Source: Cyanophora paradoxa CCMP329
Taxonomy: Eukaryota; Plantae; Glaucophyta
Reading direction: 5' to 3'
DNA length: 64,000 nucleotides
Assembly (NCBI GenBank): GCA_004431415.1
Contig: QPMI01000096.1
Location: 140,114 to 204,113, forward strand
How positions within the stretch are numbered: the first letter of the stretch is position 1; each line of letters begins with the position of its first letter. The translations under genes and the position numbers were made by a program. Shown piece by piece: positions 36,101 through 46,500 of this stretch. The notes beneath the pieces are model-generated. The model did no database searches and was not told where the DNA came from. It worked only from the letters and a program-made list of their open reading frames with translations.

Positions 36101-37387
36101 TTGCAATTGGATGCCTTCGCTTTGACGAGTCAGCGCACGTGCACGTACCCCGCTCAATGGAGACCCCCCCAACTTCTAGCTGGTTCCAGCTGACGCTAAA
36201 CCGCGTTTCAGTCGGGCAACGAGAAAGATTTGTACACTTGCTGAATCAATTTGAGCGTACGTCTTCTGAGCGTCCGTTTCCGAGATCCAAAATCCAGCTG
36301 GCTCCTTTCCAGGGTCGTTTGGCTTGTAAAGATTGAAGCAAGCGGCTTTACTGGGATCTCCTCCCTCCGAACGGACCGCCTCGGACTTGTATTCGCTTGC
36401 CTGACAGCTGATAGTTCGCGATCGCGTCACGCACACCGTATGCAAAGACTCGGCGATCGCGAGCCACGGGAATTTGCTTACGCTCTCCAAAAATTGCTGC
36501 CAACCCCCTTCGTCCACAGACCTTGCTCGCCCGTGCAGTTCAGGTCCTGTCACAGTGTACACGTGCAGTTGCGATTAGATTTTATATATAATAGCAAGAG
36601 ACCGAGACGTCGACAGCCTGGCAGTTCGGAGTCGGGATAACCGAAGATTTACCTTGTAGCAGACTCTACTTTGGGTGCCTGTGCGAAATTCGCCTTACAT
36701 TAATTAAATTGATCTACAAATCCGGAGGTGCCCAAACCATAGTCGACGTCAGGAATGCGGTTCAAATTTTCGCACCCGTGTCGACAATCATCCCGCCGAC
36801 CTTCAGCGGCTCCCAAGGGACTCTGCGCATGCGCCAGTCCGCGGCCACGCGTCAGCTGCAGCCTCTCGCGATCGACGCGTAGAAACAATTGAAATCCAAA
36901 GTAAAGCTGCTCGAATACGTGTACAGAGAATTTTCAGAGCTGTGCTCACGTTTTGCCGGCATCGGTTTCTCCAGATGAGCTCACGTCGAAGCAGGACGCT
37001 TTGCTGGGGTCGCCCGTCTGCTGAACTCCCATCGATTTATACCCGCTGTTCAGACATGCTTTCCAGAAGTCCTCGCCAACGCCGTCCGTCTTCACGCCCT
37101 GGGCGCCCAAACATCCGGCGTTCTGAGATTGGACGGACCCAGAGGACGCATAAGAGGCCCGCGCTCGAGGTGCTGGCAGCGCGCTCAGGCGCAAGCTCAT
37201 GATCAAGGCGCACCTTGAAGCACACCTTGGCGGCGTCACCTGCGCATATGCGTGTGCGTTGCGCCGGGGCGGGGCAGCGTTAGTTCTCTCGTACATAAAG
37301 CGGCTTATCGATCTAGAATTGGCCGCCGCTGAAGCGCACCCCTCAGAACTTCTGTGACCGGCCAACCCACGAGCTTCGTTGTCTCAT
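33199..37387 (-). CDS. Uncharacterised protein of 7 tandem ~100-aa 4-Cys repeats with acidic C-tail (multi-exon)
   Basis: Seven units of consensus W.P..VGG....G...KVC(Y/F)..C.G.QG..T.GVG.DFW.AC...GY.S..V......A.C(Y/F)NV...G, at ~37130, 36540, 35970, 35150, 34680, 34170 and 33690. Intron positions recur between units. The protein ends ...EEEALVADCEIAT* (TAA 33199-33201). The start MRQTKLVGWP at 37387 was chosen for intron-phase compatibility. Confidence 0.75.
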
Positions 37388-37876
37388 TGCCCATCGCTAT
37401 CACACTGTTTGACCGCTGAGCTATGTATGTAACTACAGCCGCTGAGCCTTAAGGCTTCGGATCTGCAGGGCCGATCCCGCGGCTATAGCTAGCGCTGCGC
37501 CGGAAACCGCGCCGCGATACTATGCTAGCACTGCGGCAATTGCACTGCGGCAATGCGACGGTCGGCCGCGGACGCGTAAGCTCGACCGATCTACTACCGG
37601 TAGCTCATGATCAGCGGCGCCGGCTATACCGGTAGGCTACTACGCCGCGACTCGGCGAGTCTACGCGTGGCGGCGTGGGGCCGCTGGGGCGGCGTTACGC
37701 CAGCGTACTACGGTATACAGTACGTAGTACGTACTCGCCGAATCGTGGGCCCGTGGCCCCGAGTCGTCACACGGCGTGGGCGGAGTACGCCACTGTACCG
37801 TAGTACGCGTGGGCCCCGCGCCGGGCCGCGCGGATGAACTGCAGCTGGGTCCTAGAGTCCTTGGCATAGGCTCCTA

Positions 37877-38122
37877 CCGTAGACGACTTAAATACCGCGC
37901 CACATATTACCGCGTTCTAAAATTTCGGCGCCGGTAGGCGCTTTAGCGCGGCACCAAATTAGCGCGTTTTCATCAATTTGGGGTACGGCCCATACAAAAG
38001 TGTTAGCAAATCTGAGCAAAAGACAATTACCGCGCTACCAAATTACCGCGTTATAAAACTTTTGAGCGCGGTAATTTGGTAGCGCAGTAGTTAAGTCAGC
38101 GCGGTATATAAGTCGTCTACGG
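37877..38122. mobile_element. Tc1/mariner (pogo/Tc2-like) MITE, 246 bp
   Basis: 24-bp TIRs CCGTAGACGACTTA(A/T)ATACCGCGC with 1 mismatch, flanked by TA on each side (37875-37876, 38123-38124). Internal ATTACCGCG repeats occur in both orientations, and the interior is AT-rich. Confidence 0.88.
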
Positions 38123-38492
38123 TAGCTACCGCCCAGCCTCAGGGCCTACCGGTATAGGCGCGGGGGCGAGGGGTGCCACCGCCGCGCGCGGCATGCGGCG
38201 GACCGGCCCGTCGAGCTCCGGGGCGGCCGCCGGGATCGCGCCCACCACGCGGGCCCAGTGCGCCCGGATCTCGTCGCGGAGCCCCGGGTCCGGGTCCGCG
38301 CACGCGGCGCTGCGCAGGGGGCCGCGCGTCGGCCACACCCGCGTCTCGGGGTGCGGCGCGAGGTCGGGCTTGAGCCCCTTTTCGATGCCCGGTTTATTTT
38401 CCTTGGCCCGCGCGCGCCCGGGGCGGCGCCGCTTTTATCCCCTGCGCCCGAATAAAGGGCCGCGCCTCGGTTCCGCGCGTCCGACGCCCCGC

Positions 38493-38789
38493 ATGGACGC
38501 GATACGGGAGGCCGCGCACGCTTCGGGGCTCGAGGTCGTCAACTCGAGCGGGGCGATGGCCCGCGATCCGCGGCGGGCGCTCGAGGTCATGCTGGCGGTG
38601 GCGCGCGCGCGCCCCACGGCGATCGTGGCGGCCGAGGTCTCGGGCGGAGCGGCGCTCGTCGCCCACTGCGCGTGCGATGCCCCGAGCGGATCGAGCGGGG
38701 CGACGCGGACGGGGCCCGTCGGCTCGTCGCGCGCGCCCGCCGCGCGGCCGACCCGACCGAGGACCCGCTCGGCATCGAAGAGGGGGTAG
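38493..38789 (+). CDS. Hypothetical viral-type ORF (MDAIREAAHASGLEVVNSSG...), probably frameshifted near 38680
   Basis: ATG at 38493 preceded by AATAAA at 38451. The N-terminus looks globular; a plausible acidic continuation lies in another frame (ORF 38672..38953). Confidence 0.4.
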   Translation: MDAIREAAHASGLEVVNSSGAMARDPRRALEVMLAVARARPTAIVAAEVSGGAALVAHCACDAPSGSSGATRTGPVGSSRAPAARPTRPRTRSASKRG

Positions 38790-38945
38790 TGGAGGAGGAA
38801 GAGGATGCGAAAAATGGGGGAGAGGAGGAGGAGGGGGAGGGGGACCGCGGGGGGGCGGCAAACCCGCCCCCACCCCCCCCGCCCCCGGCCGCAGACGAAC
38901 CCGACGACGCGTGCGCGTGCATCCTTCCGCTCCGCCTCCTCCTCC

Positions 38946-39230
38946 TCAGGTGATGCGTAGGATCCCGTGCCGCGCGCGGATGTCGGCGAGGTACTCGCCG
39001 ATCGCCGAGGCCACGACGGGGCACTCGACGGCGGCGGCGCGCACGACGCTCTCGGCGTACCCCGGCGTCAGCTCCAGGAACGCGCGGCGGTCAAAGTACG
39101 GGATGGGCCGGCCGCGGTAGCAGTTGGGGCACCCGTCGTGCGGCGGGAGGGGCCTCGGCTCCATCCTCGGAGGAACCGGGTAGATGGGCGTCGGGAGGAC
39201 GACGTGGACGGGAGGTGCGTTCGACGCCAT
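38946..39230 (-). CDS. Hypothetical 94-aa intronless protein (CPNC motif)
   Basis: ATG-to-stop ORF with non-shadow amino-acid composition and an AT island ~35 nt upstream. Confidence 0.55.
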   Translation of the reverse strand: MASNAPPVHVVLPTPIYPVPPRMEPRPLPPHDGCPNCYRGRPIPYFDRRAFLELTPGYAESVVRAAAVECPVVASAIGEYLADIRARHGILRIT

Positions 39231-39307
39231 CGCCGAGTCGCCCGGGCGGTCCTCGGACGGGGCGATAAATAGGCGGGCGCCGGCCGGCGCGCCCGTCCGC
39301 GAACCCG

Positions 39308-39595
39308 ATGTCCCTCTTTGCCGCGCCGCCCCCCTTGGGCGGTCCCGAGCCGGATCCCGCGACCCTCGCCGCGATCAAGACGTGCATCACGTGCGTGCAC
39401 TACCTCGCCGACCCCCACCGGGCGCGCGACGGCCTCTGCATGGCCTTTGCGGAGATCAACCCCGTCGACGGACTCCGCCAGACGAGGGCGCGGTGCAGCC
39501 GAGAGAGGCAGCACCTCCTCGGGAGGTGCGGGCCCGACGCGCACCGCTACCGCCCGCGCGGGGCTAGTGCGTCGAGGGGCCGCGCGAGGACGTGA
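39308..39595 (+). CDS. Small Cys-rich protein, CxxCxHY...C..F...NPVDG...R...CGPDA, resembling giant-virus hypothetical proteins
   Basis: Intronless ORF divergent from the 39230 ORF, with GATAAATA between them. The motif pattern is recalled from large-DNA-virus ORFans and was not searched. Confidence 0.55.
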   Translation: MSLFAAPPPLGGPEPDPATLAAIKTCITCVHYLADPHRARDGLCMAFAEINPVDGLRQTRARCSRERQHLLGRCGPDAHRYRPRGASASRGRART

Positions 39596-39938
39596 GGATC
39601 CGGGCGAGGAGATGCACCTTGTGCGCGATTCGTCCGTCCCCGCCCACCCTGCCGCCCACGACGGCCGCCCCGAGGGCGGAGCCCAGCTCCCGGGCGTGCG
39701 GCGGGATCTCCTCGTAGAGCTCCACGAAGCGCCGTCGTACCGCAGGGCACGCGCCGGCGGCGACGAGCAGGTAGGTCTCCGCCCGCGCGAGGTTCTCGTG
39801 CAATAGGTGCTGCTTCTCGCGGATGTAGCCGCACGGCTCGCCGTTTTCGCAGAATCCGCACGAGCGCGCCTGCTTCCAGTCGACGACCCGCCTATCGCAC
39901 CGCATCTTTTCGAAAAGAAAGGGGAACTCGCCTTCCAT
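39564..39938 (-). CDS. Hypothetical 124-aa intronless protein (CGFC..C)
   Basis: ATG-to-stop ORF; TATTAATAAAAA island ~40 nt upstream; 3' end overlaps the convergent ORF. Confidence 0.55.
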   Translation of the reverse strand: MEGEFPFLFEKMRCDRRVVDWKQARSCGFCENGEPCGYIREKQHLLHENLARAETYLLVAAGACPAVRRRFVELYEEIPPHARELGSALGAAVVGGRVGGDGRIAHKVHLLARILTSSRGPSTH

Positions 39939-41552
39939 GCGTACGCGCGCGCGATCCGTGGGGGAGGGGGGCGCATTTTTATTAATACGCGAAACGCCCT
40001 CACCGGGCGCGCCGGGTTCCGACCCTCGGGCCAGCGTCCACGATCCCGGCCTCCATGGAACCCCCCGCGTCGGCGAGGAACCGCCGGATCGCCGTCGGCG
40101 CGCCCCGCGGTGTCGCGGCGGTCGCGTCGGGCCCCCAGCCCGCGACGAGGTCGGACCACAGGAACGGGTAGAGGTCGCCCTCGGTCAGGTCCGCGTCGCC
40201 CGAGGGGTCGCTCGGGATTCCCTCGGGGGGGTACGGGGTTGCGAGGGCCGCCTCTGGCGGCGCCCTTGTGCACCCCGCGGGGGACAGTGCGTAGCAGCTT
40301 CGTCTTCTACAGCCTGCTGGCGTTCCGGCAAGCCCGGGATCATCGCGCCCGCTGGCAGCTAGCGCAATCTCGGGAAAGATCGACAGCCGCGCCTGGCGGG
40401 TCCGGCGCCGATCTGGGCTCGTCCTGGATCGTACGCCGTGCGCGTAAGGACGCCCCGGGCGCGGCGGATCCCCCGCGTGCGCGCAGGTTGCTCTTCGGAC
40501 GCACCATCCAACAGCGCCCGGCAAAGTAGAAGGCGGCAGAGGCGGAGCGAGTAGGACCATTCCTCCCGCCAGATGACGCCGGCCTCTCGATGACCGGCGG
40601 CCGCCGAGGTTCCGCCGCACGGGGGTCCTCCTGTGCGTCTCCTCCGGCGCCGGGACTCTCCTCTCTGCTCCGCTCTCGGGTCCTCGTCCTCCGGCGGCCC
40701 GCGTCTCTCTCCTGCGGGCACCCGGGGCGCCCGCCAGCGGGTCGGCGACGGTGGAGCCTCGCCGCGGCCGCGCTGCGATCGGGGCAGGTGTCTGGCGGCG
40801 GCGGACTGGTTCTCACGCACTGGTGGCGGGAGCTCGAGGAGGAGGAACCGCGGCGCGAGGTGGCGGCTCACCCCTGGCAAACCGCTCCAGCGGCGGCCCC
40901 GCGCGGGTCGCCGTGGCGGAGTTGGGGCGCCGCGCGCCACCCGCAGTCGTCCCCTTTCTCTTTCTCTCGTCCTAGATATAGAAGTAGGAGTAGGCGACGC
41001 GCGCGACGCTACGTTTCTTTCTTTCTCGTCGTCTATCTCTGAGGTTGGGTTCCTTCGCAGATCCTTTCCTGCTTTCGTGACTCCTCGTAGGGATATGCCT
41101 CGTGCATCCTGGAATATAGGCTATTATGTACTGAGGTGTACGTGGGCAGGCTATCGGAAAACGAGAACCCTTGCTCCCCGCAGTACATAGGTCTGTTTTT
41201 TCAGGACCTTTTATGAGGATGGGCCCATGGGCAGCTGTCTTGCTATTCTCTACTTGTTAGTGAGGCAGACTGGTAAACTTCGGTTTTGGGTAGATTCGAC
41301 TTGTCTACTTTCGGAAGGGTCCGGTAGATTGATGTGGTAGTGCCGTCAATATACCGTCATTTTTGCAAAAAAAAAGCCCGAGGGGTCGCTCGGGGTCCCC
41401 CTCCCGGCGGGTCCGCCGGTCGCCCGTAGGGGGTACACCGACGCGACAAGGGTACCCTTCTCTCTTATATTATTATATTATATTATTTAATAGATTTCAA
41501 ATTCAAAACTAAAAAAGTAATAGATTGTATACTGTGGTAGTAGTCTACAAGC

Positions 41553-41807
41553 ATGGTCGGAGACTACCTCTACTACGATCTCCCCAAGGACGGCGAAAAG
41601 TCGCGCAGCTTTGGAAACACGGGGAAGCGCCTCCTCGCGATTCGCAAGCTCAAGCTCTACAACGTCACCCCCGACAAGCCGCTCGACGGCAAGATGCTGG
41701 ACGCCTACGACTACGCCCGCACGATCTCTCGCGTCTTCGGGCGCGCGATGTCCAAGGCCAAGCCGGGCAAGGAGCTCGACGTCCTCCTGGGCGGTTACAT
41801 GTGCTAG
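41553..41807 (+). CDS. Hypothetical 84-aa basic protein (MVGDYLYYDLPKDGEKSRSF...)
   Basis: Clean ORF with strong C/G third-position codon bias, directly downstream of the AT-rich (ATATT)n block. Confidence 0.65.
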   Translation: MVGDYLYYDLPKDGEKSRSFGNTGKRLLAIRKLKLYNVTPDKPLDGKMLDAYDYARTISRVFGRAMSKAKPGKELDVLLGGYMC

Positions 41808-42349
41808 GGGCGAAGCGGCTTTTTCCCCACCCTCTGTTCCCCGCCCATTTTTCTCGCTCGAATTCGATTCACCGCCCTCTATCCGCAAGCCTCGGCGGCC
41901 TCGTCGCGCCGCGCCGGGGGCATCGGGCCGCGGCGCCGTCGCGCCGGACGCGACCGACAAAGGGCCGCACGAGGGCGAGGTAGGCGACGGGCAGGAGGGC
42001 GACCTGGGCCGCGGCGACGGCGAGGTGCGCCCCGCGGGGCCCACGCGGCCTCGTGCAGGCGCGCCCTCCGGATGGCGGCGTCGGCCTCGACGTCCCGGAG
42101 CGCCGCGACGAGGGTGATGGTTCCGTCCCGGGCGCGCGGCGAGGCCGCGGCGGCCGCGCACATCGAGGCGTTGGACGGACGCGGGCACGGGAGCGGCGGG
42201 CCCGACTCGGCGGCGCGTCGGAGCTCGGCGGCGGCGCGCGCGAGGAGCTCGCGGGCGGTGTCGAGTCGGGGCGCCGGGCAGCGTCTACGAGCCGGCCCGC
42301 CGGGCGCGCGCGACGCCGCGCGGCATCCCCCTCGTCCCCGCCTGAGCGC

Positions 42350-42480
42350 CCCTCCTCCGCTTCTTGATCGTGTGGTAGGACGCAAAGTGGTTCTTCGATC
42401 CGCAAACGAAGCAGCAGTTGCCCTGCGCGCGCCGCATCGTCTCCATGAACTTGGGGTCCTCCCACGGGGCGCGCGCGATC
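42350..42480 (-). pseudogene. Zn-knuckle-like fragment (CFVCGSKNHFASYH; Cx2Cx4Hx4H)
   Basis: 'PWEDPKFMETMRRAQGNCCFVCGSKNHFASYH'; no credible N-terminus, since it runs into the antisense of the capsid-like fragment. Confidence 0.5.
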
Positions 42481-42525
42481 CGCGGCGACGGTCGCGAGCG
42501 GGTCCCAGCGCAGGCCGCGCTCCCA

Positions 42526-42705
42526 GGGTCCGCCGAGGCGGTTGCGAACGACAAGGCCAAATACTTCAGCATCAAGCTCACGGCGAAGAACCTCTCGCTG
42601 CTGGTCCAGAAGAACCTCCCGGTCCCGCTCGGCATCCTCATCTTCCGTCCGTTCATCACCCACTACGCCGCGTCGGCGATCATGACGGTCAAGGGCGAGA
42701 CGACC
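42526..42705 (+). pseudogene. Fragment resembling mirusvirus HK97-fold major capsid protein (C-terminal region)
   Basis: GSAEAVANDKAKYFSIKLTAKNLSLLVQKNLPVPLGILIFRPFITHYAASAIMTVKGETT. The 'P.P...LL.RPFI.H...SAIMTV.G..T' pattern is recalled as conserved in mirusvirus MCPs. The codon usage of this patch is distinct from its flanks. Not verified by search. Confidence 0.55.
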
Positions 42706-42922
42706 GCGGAGATGCGGCCCGTCGGCGCCGCCCTCGTGGCGCGCGGCCTGACCGGGTCCGAGGCGATCCGCGCGGCGCGCGACGCGGCCACGCCCGAGGC
42801 GTCCCCCGCGTCGGACCGTCGGAGGGGCGACGATGCGCGCCGCGTACTACGACGCCCGCCTGCGCCCGGGCGACGAGGAGGAGTTTGCGCGTCGCTTCCC
42901 GGGAGACGCGCGCTCCTCCGTT

Positions 42923-43548
42923 TCACGCGTAGTACCCGCGATCGAAGCACGGCGGGCGCGGGACGCGCACGTCGACCATCACGTCGATCATCGGGTACCG
43001 ACGGCGGCGTTCGGGTTGACGATGGCGCGGGCGGCCGCCGGAGTGATGACGCTCGTCCCGAGCCCGTCGTCCTCGGCGAGGCGGGGCGCTTCCCACGCGC
43101 GCGTCCCGGTCGAGGTAGGCGTTGGCCTCGTGCGCCTCGCCCGGGTGGCGGCCCGCCCGTCCGCGCGCGCGCCGCCGCGAGCGAGGCGATCGACCCGGCG
43201 TACGCGGGGGCCGGCGGCTCCAGCCCCGGGTCGCCGGCACCGCGACGCGCACCTCGGACGCGGCCCTGCGCAGGCGCGGCCACAGCGCGAGCGCGGCGAT
43301 CGCCTCGCGCGCCGCGTCGGCCAGGACCGCCTGCGCCTCGTCGCGCGACATCTGCGGGACGCGGAGGCCGCGGTAGCGCCCGCCGTAGGTCTCCGTGTAC
43401 GAAACGTGCTGCTTCGGGTCGTACGTCTTCCCGACCTCGGAGCGGTTCAGCTTCAGGTTCGCCCGCTGCGCGGCCGCCTTCTTCCTCGGAGGGGTCTGCC
43501 AGCACTGGACCTCGACGAATTCCAGGCCGCCGTCGAACTGCGCGTCGC
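42923..43548 (-). pseudogene. 5'-truncated intronless gene fragment (DAQFDGGLEFVEVQCWQTPPRKK...KTYDPKQHVSYTETYGGRYRGLRVPQMS)
   Basis: Protein-like composition from ~43548 down to ~43230. Upstream of 43548 the frame is merely antisense of the Cys/LamG gene. Confidence 0.45.
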
Positions 43549-46500
43549 ACGACGGCGACCCCGAGGTCCCCGCTTGGTACGTCCCCCGCGGATCTTCCCC
43601 GTGCGGGCGCGTCTTCGGGTGCGACGGGCGGTGGGGGTCAGATGCGCGGATCGACCCGGACGGTTCGTGCAGACCCGGCGCGGACTCGCCCGCGTGCACG
43701 CAGTCGGTCCCGTCGCCGCGCCGGGGATGCGCCGCCTCCGACGTGATTCTACCCCCACCCTCCAACGCGACGACGTACGCGCGGTGCGCCGAGGCGTGCG
43801 CGAACCAGCCGATAGACATGTGCGGCGGAGCCTCCTTCGAGTCGGCGACCGGCACCTGCCGCCTCTGGTTGCGCCCTCCGGAGAATTGCACGGCGGAGTG
43901 GACCGCGCCCGCGGACGGCCTCGCCTGGTTCGTCCCGTCGGGGCCGTGCCACCGCCTCGGGTGCGACGGGATCTGGGGGAGCGAGATGCGCTGGGCCTCG
44001 TGCGCCGTCGCCGGCGCAGGCAACTACACCTGCGCGCCGAACGGGTTCTGCCCCCGCCCCCCGCCGACGCCTCGCCCCGGGGGGTGCGACGGCCTCGGCT
44101 CCGAGGTCGACGCGTGCGGGACGTGCGGTGGCCCGTTCGTGGGCGGCCTCCGGTGCGAGGAGGGTCCCGCGCCCCTCGCGCTCGTCCCAGCCGACCTCCC
44201 CGCCGCGTGCGCCGGCTTCTACGACGCGTGCGGCACGTGCAACGGGACCGCGAGCGCGGCCGAGTGCGCCGCCCCCTGCGACGGCGTTCCCGGGAGCGAC
44301 CGGTACTGGGACCGGTGCGGCCGATGCGGCGGCGATGGCGAGACGTGCCGTGGGTGTGACGGCGCCGACGGGGTTGTGGACGCCTGCGGTGTCTGCCGCG
44401 GGGACAACTCGACCTGCGTCGACTGCGCCGGCGTCGCCGGCGGGGGCCGCCGCCTCGACCGGTGCAACGTGTGCGGCGGCGATGGGCGTTCCTGCGAGGG
44501 GTGCGACGGCGTCTTCCTGTCCGGGCGCACCTACGACGCCTACCGCACGTGCGGCGGATCGGAGCGCGAGCGGCGCCTCCTCCCGGACCGCTGCGGCGTG
44601 CGCGGCGGGCGCGGCGACGGATGCACCCCGGAGCTCTTCGACGGGACCGCAACGGTCGCGCTCCCGCCCGGCGGCGGGCCGTGGTCCTTTGCATCCTGGA
44701 TCCGCGCCCTCGGCCCCGGGGTCGCGTTCTCCTCGTCCTGGGAGGACACGGAGCTCGGGTGCCGCCCCGCAGAGGGCTCCGCCTGGGTGCGAATCGACGC
44801 CTCGGGGCGCCTTCGCCTCGAGGGCCCCGCCGGCGCGGCCGACGGGCCCGCCCTCCCGTCCCCCTTTTCCGCGTGGCACCACCTCGTGCTATCGCGCGCC
44901 GCGGACGGATCCCACGCCATCTACGTCAACGGGACGCGCGCCGCGTCGATCGGCGGGGGCCCGGCGAACATCACCCTCCCGGGCCGCGTCGTCGTCGGGG
45001 AGGGCGCGCCGTGCGGCGCCTCGGGGCCCGCCCCGGGCCTGCGGCTCTCCGACGTGCGCCTCTGGCTCGCCGAGGCCGACGACGCGCGCGCCATCGCCGA
45101 GATGACCCTCCCGCCGGGCGCGGCGGGCGCTCTGGCCGCCGCGGCCGCGCCCGTTATGGCGATCGGGGGCGCCCCGCGCTCCGGCGCCCGAACCGAGGGG
45201 GGGTCGAGCTCCGCGGGACGGTGGGCTCCGCCCTCGATGCCCCCATCCTTGCATCGCACGCCGCCCCGCCGGTGACCGCCGAGGACCCCGCCGATCCCGC
45301 GCCAGGGTGCGCCTTTCCCTCCAACGCGTGCGGCCAATGCGCGCCCCACGCGGACCCCGACGACCCGGACGCGTCGTGCCCGCTCGACTGCGATGGCGTA
45401 CCCCTCGGCCCCGCCATCCGCGGACCCTGCGGATCGTGCGAGTGCCCCACCGGGACGGGCCCGATCCCGCCGCCCCCGTGGAAGGCCACGGTCCTCGACC
45501 CGTGCACGGGCGCGACGGTGCGCCCGGAGGACGCCTACGCGTGCATCGACCCCCGCGCGCGAGCCTCCGGCCGCTGCGCACGCTCGCCCTCCCAGCGCCC
45601 GAGGCGGGGCGCGTCGGGGCGGAGCTGTGGTTCGCGGACCCGGATCCCGCGTCGTTCTCCGTCGAGCTCGCCGGCCTCCGCGTCGCCATCACCCCGGCGG
45701 GGGACGGACTGGAGGTGGCCGCGACGGGCGCGCGCCTCGGCCCCGTCCCCGCGCGCGGCGCCTGGGAGCGCCTGGTGCTGGAGGTGGACGCTGGGTCCGG
45801 GGCGGCGCGCGCGGCGGCGGGCCTCCGCATCCCGTCGGAGGCGACCGGGTTCGCGGCGCGGGCGGGCCGCGGCCTCCGGATCGCGGGGCGCGCTTCTCCT
45901 CCGTGCGCGTCACGGAGGGGCGCCCCGCGTTCGAGCTGCCCTCGGGCGAGTCGACGCCCGGCGCGTGGGCCCTATGGCCCATGAACGAGGGTTTCGGGCG
46001 CGAGGTGCACGACGCGACCGACGCGAACCGCACCGTGCCGGCCCCGTACCGCCGCTGGGTCCTCGCCTCCCGGAACGAGACGGCGAACCCGGTCCGGTTC
46101 GACGTCCACCGCCCCTCGTGCAACGGGACCTGGCGCGGCGCCGAGGCGCGCGACGCCTGCGGGACCTGCCTCGGAACCCGTGCGACGGCCGCCGCGTGCC
46201 CCGCCGAGGTGCCGCTCGCGGTGGCGCGCGACGCCCGCTGGATGGGGCCCGCGACGCCGCTGGACGTCGTCCTCCCCGCGGAGAGCACGGCCGAGTGCGC
46301 CTCGCTCCTCCTCTCCAACCGCTCAGAGCGGATCGATCCGACCTTTTTCGGCGCCTCGTACGACCCCCTCGCGCGGACCTGCACCCTCCATCGCCTGGAG
46401 GAGGGGGTCGCGCCCGCGGACCGCGACCTCGCCTCCCTGGAGAGCGAGGTGGGCGCCTCGTTCGTCGCGCGCTCCGCGGCGCGCCTCCCGCCGCCCCTGC

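Noticed and set aside
33500-37150. CRISPR-like or satellite array
   Set aside because: The repeats are conserved at protein level rather than as identical DNA repeats with spacers, and the context is eukaryotic.
42350-42480. Retrotransposon Gag zinc knuckle
   Set aside because: No LTRs, protease, RT or integrase nearby, and the last ligand is His rather than Cys.
43395-43548. N-terminus of the 626-aa ORF (YETCCFGSYVFP...)
   Set aside because: It starts at GTG and is the antisense of a more protein-like minus-strand fragment; the plus-strand gene appears 5'-truncated at ~43549.
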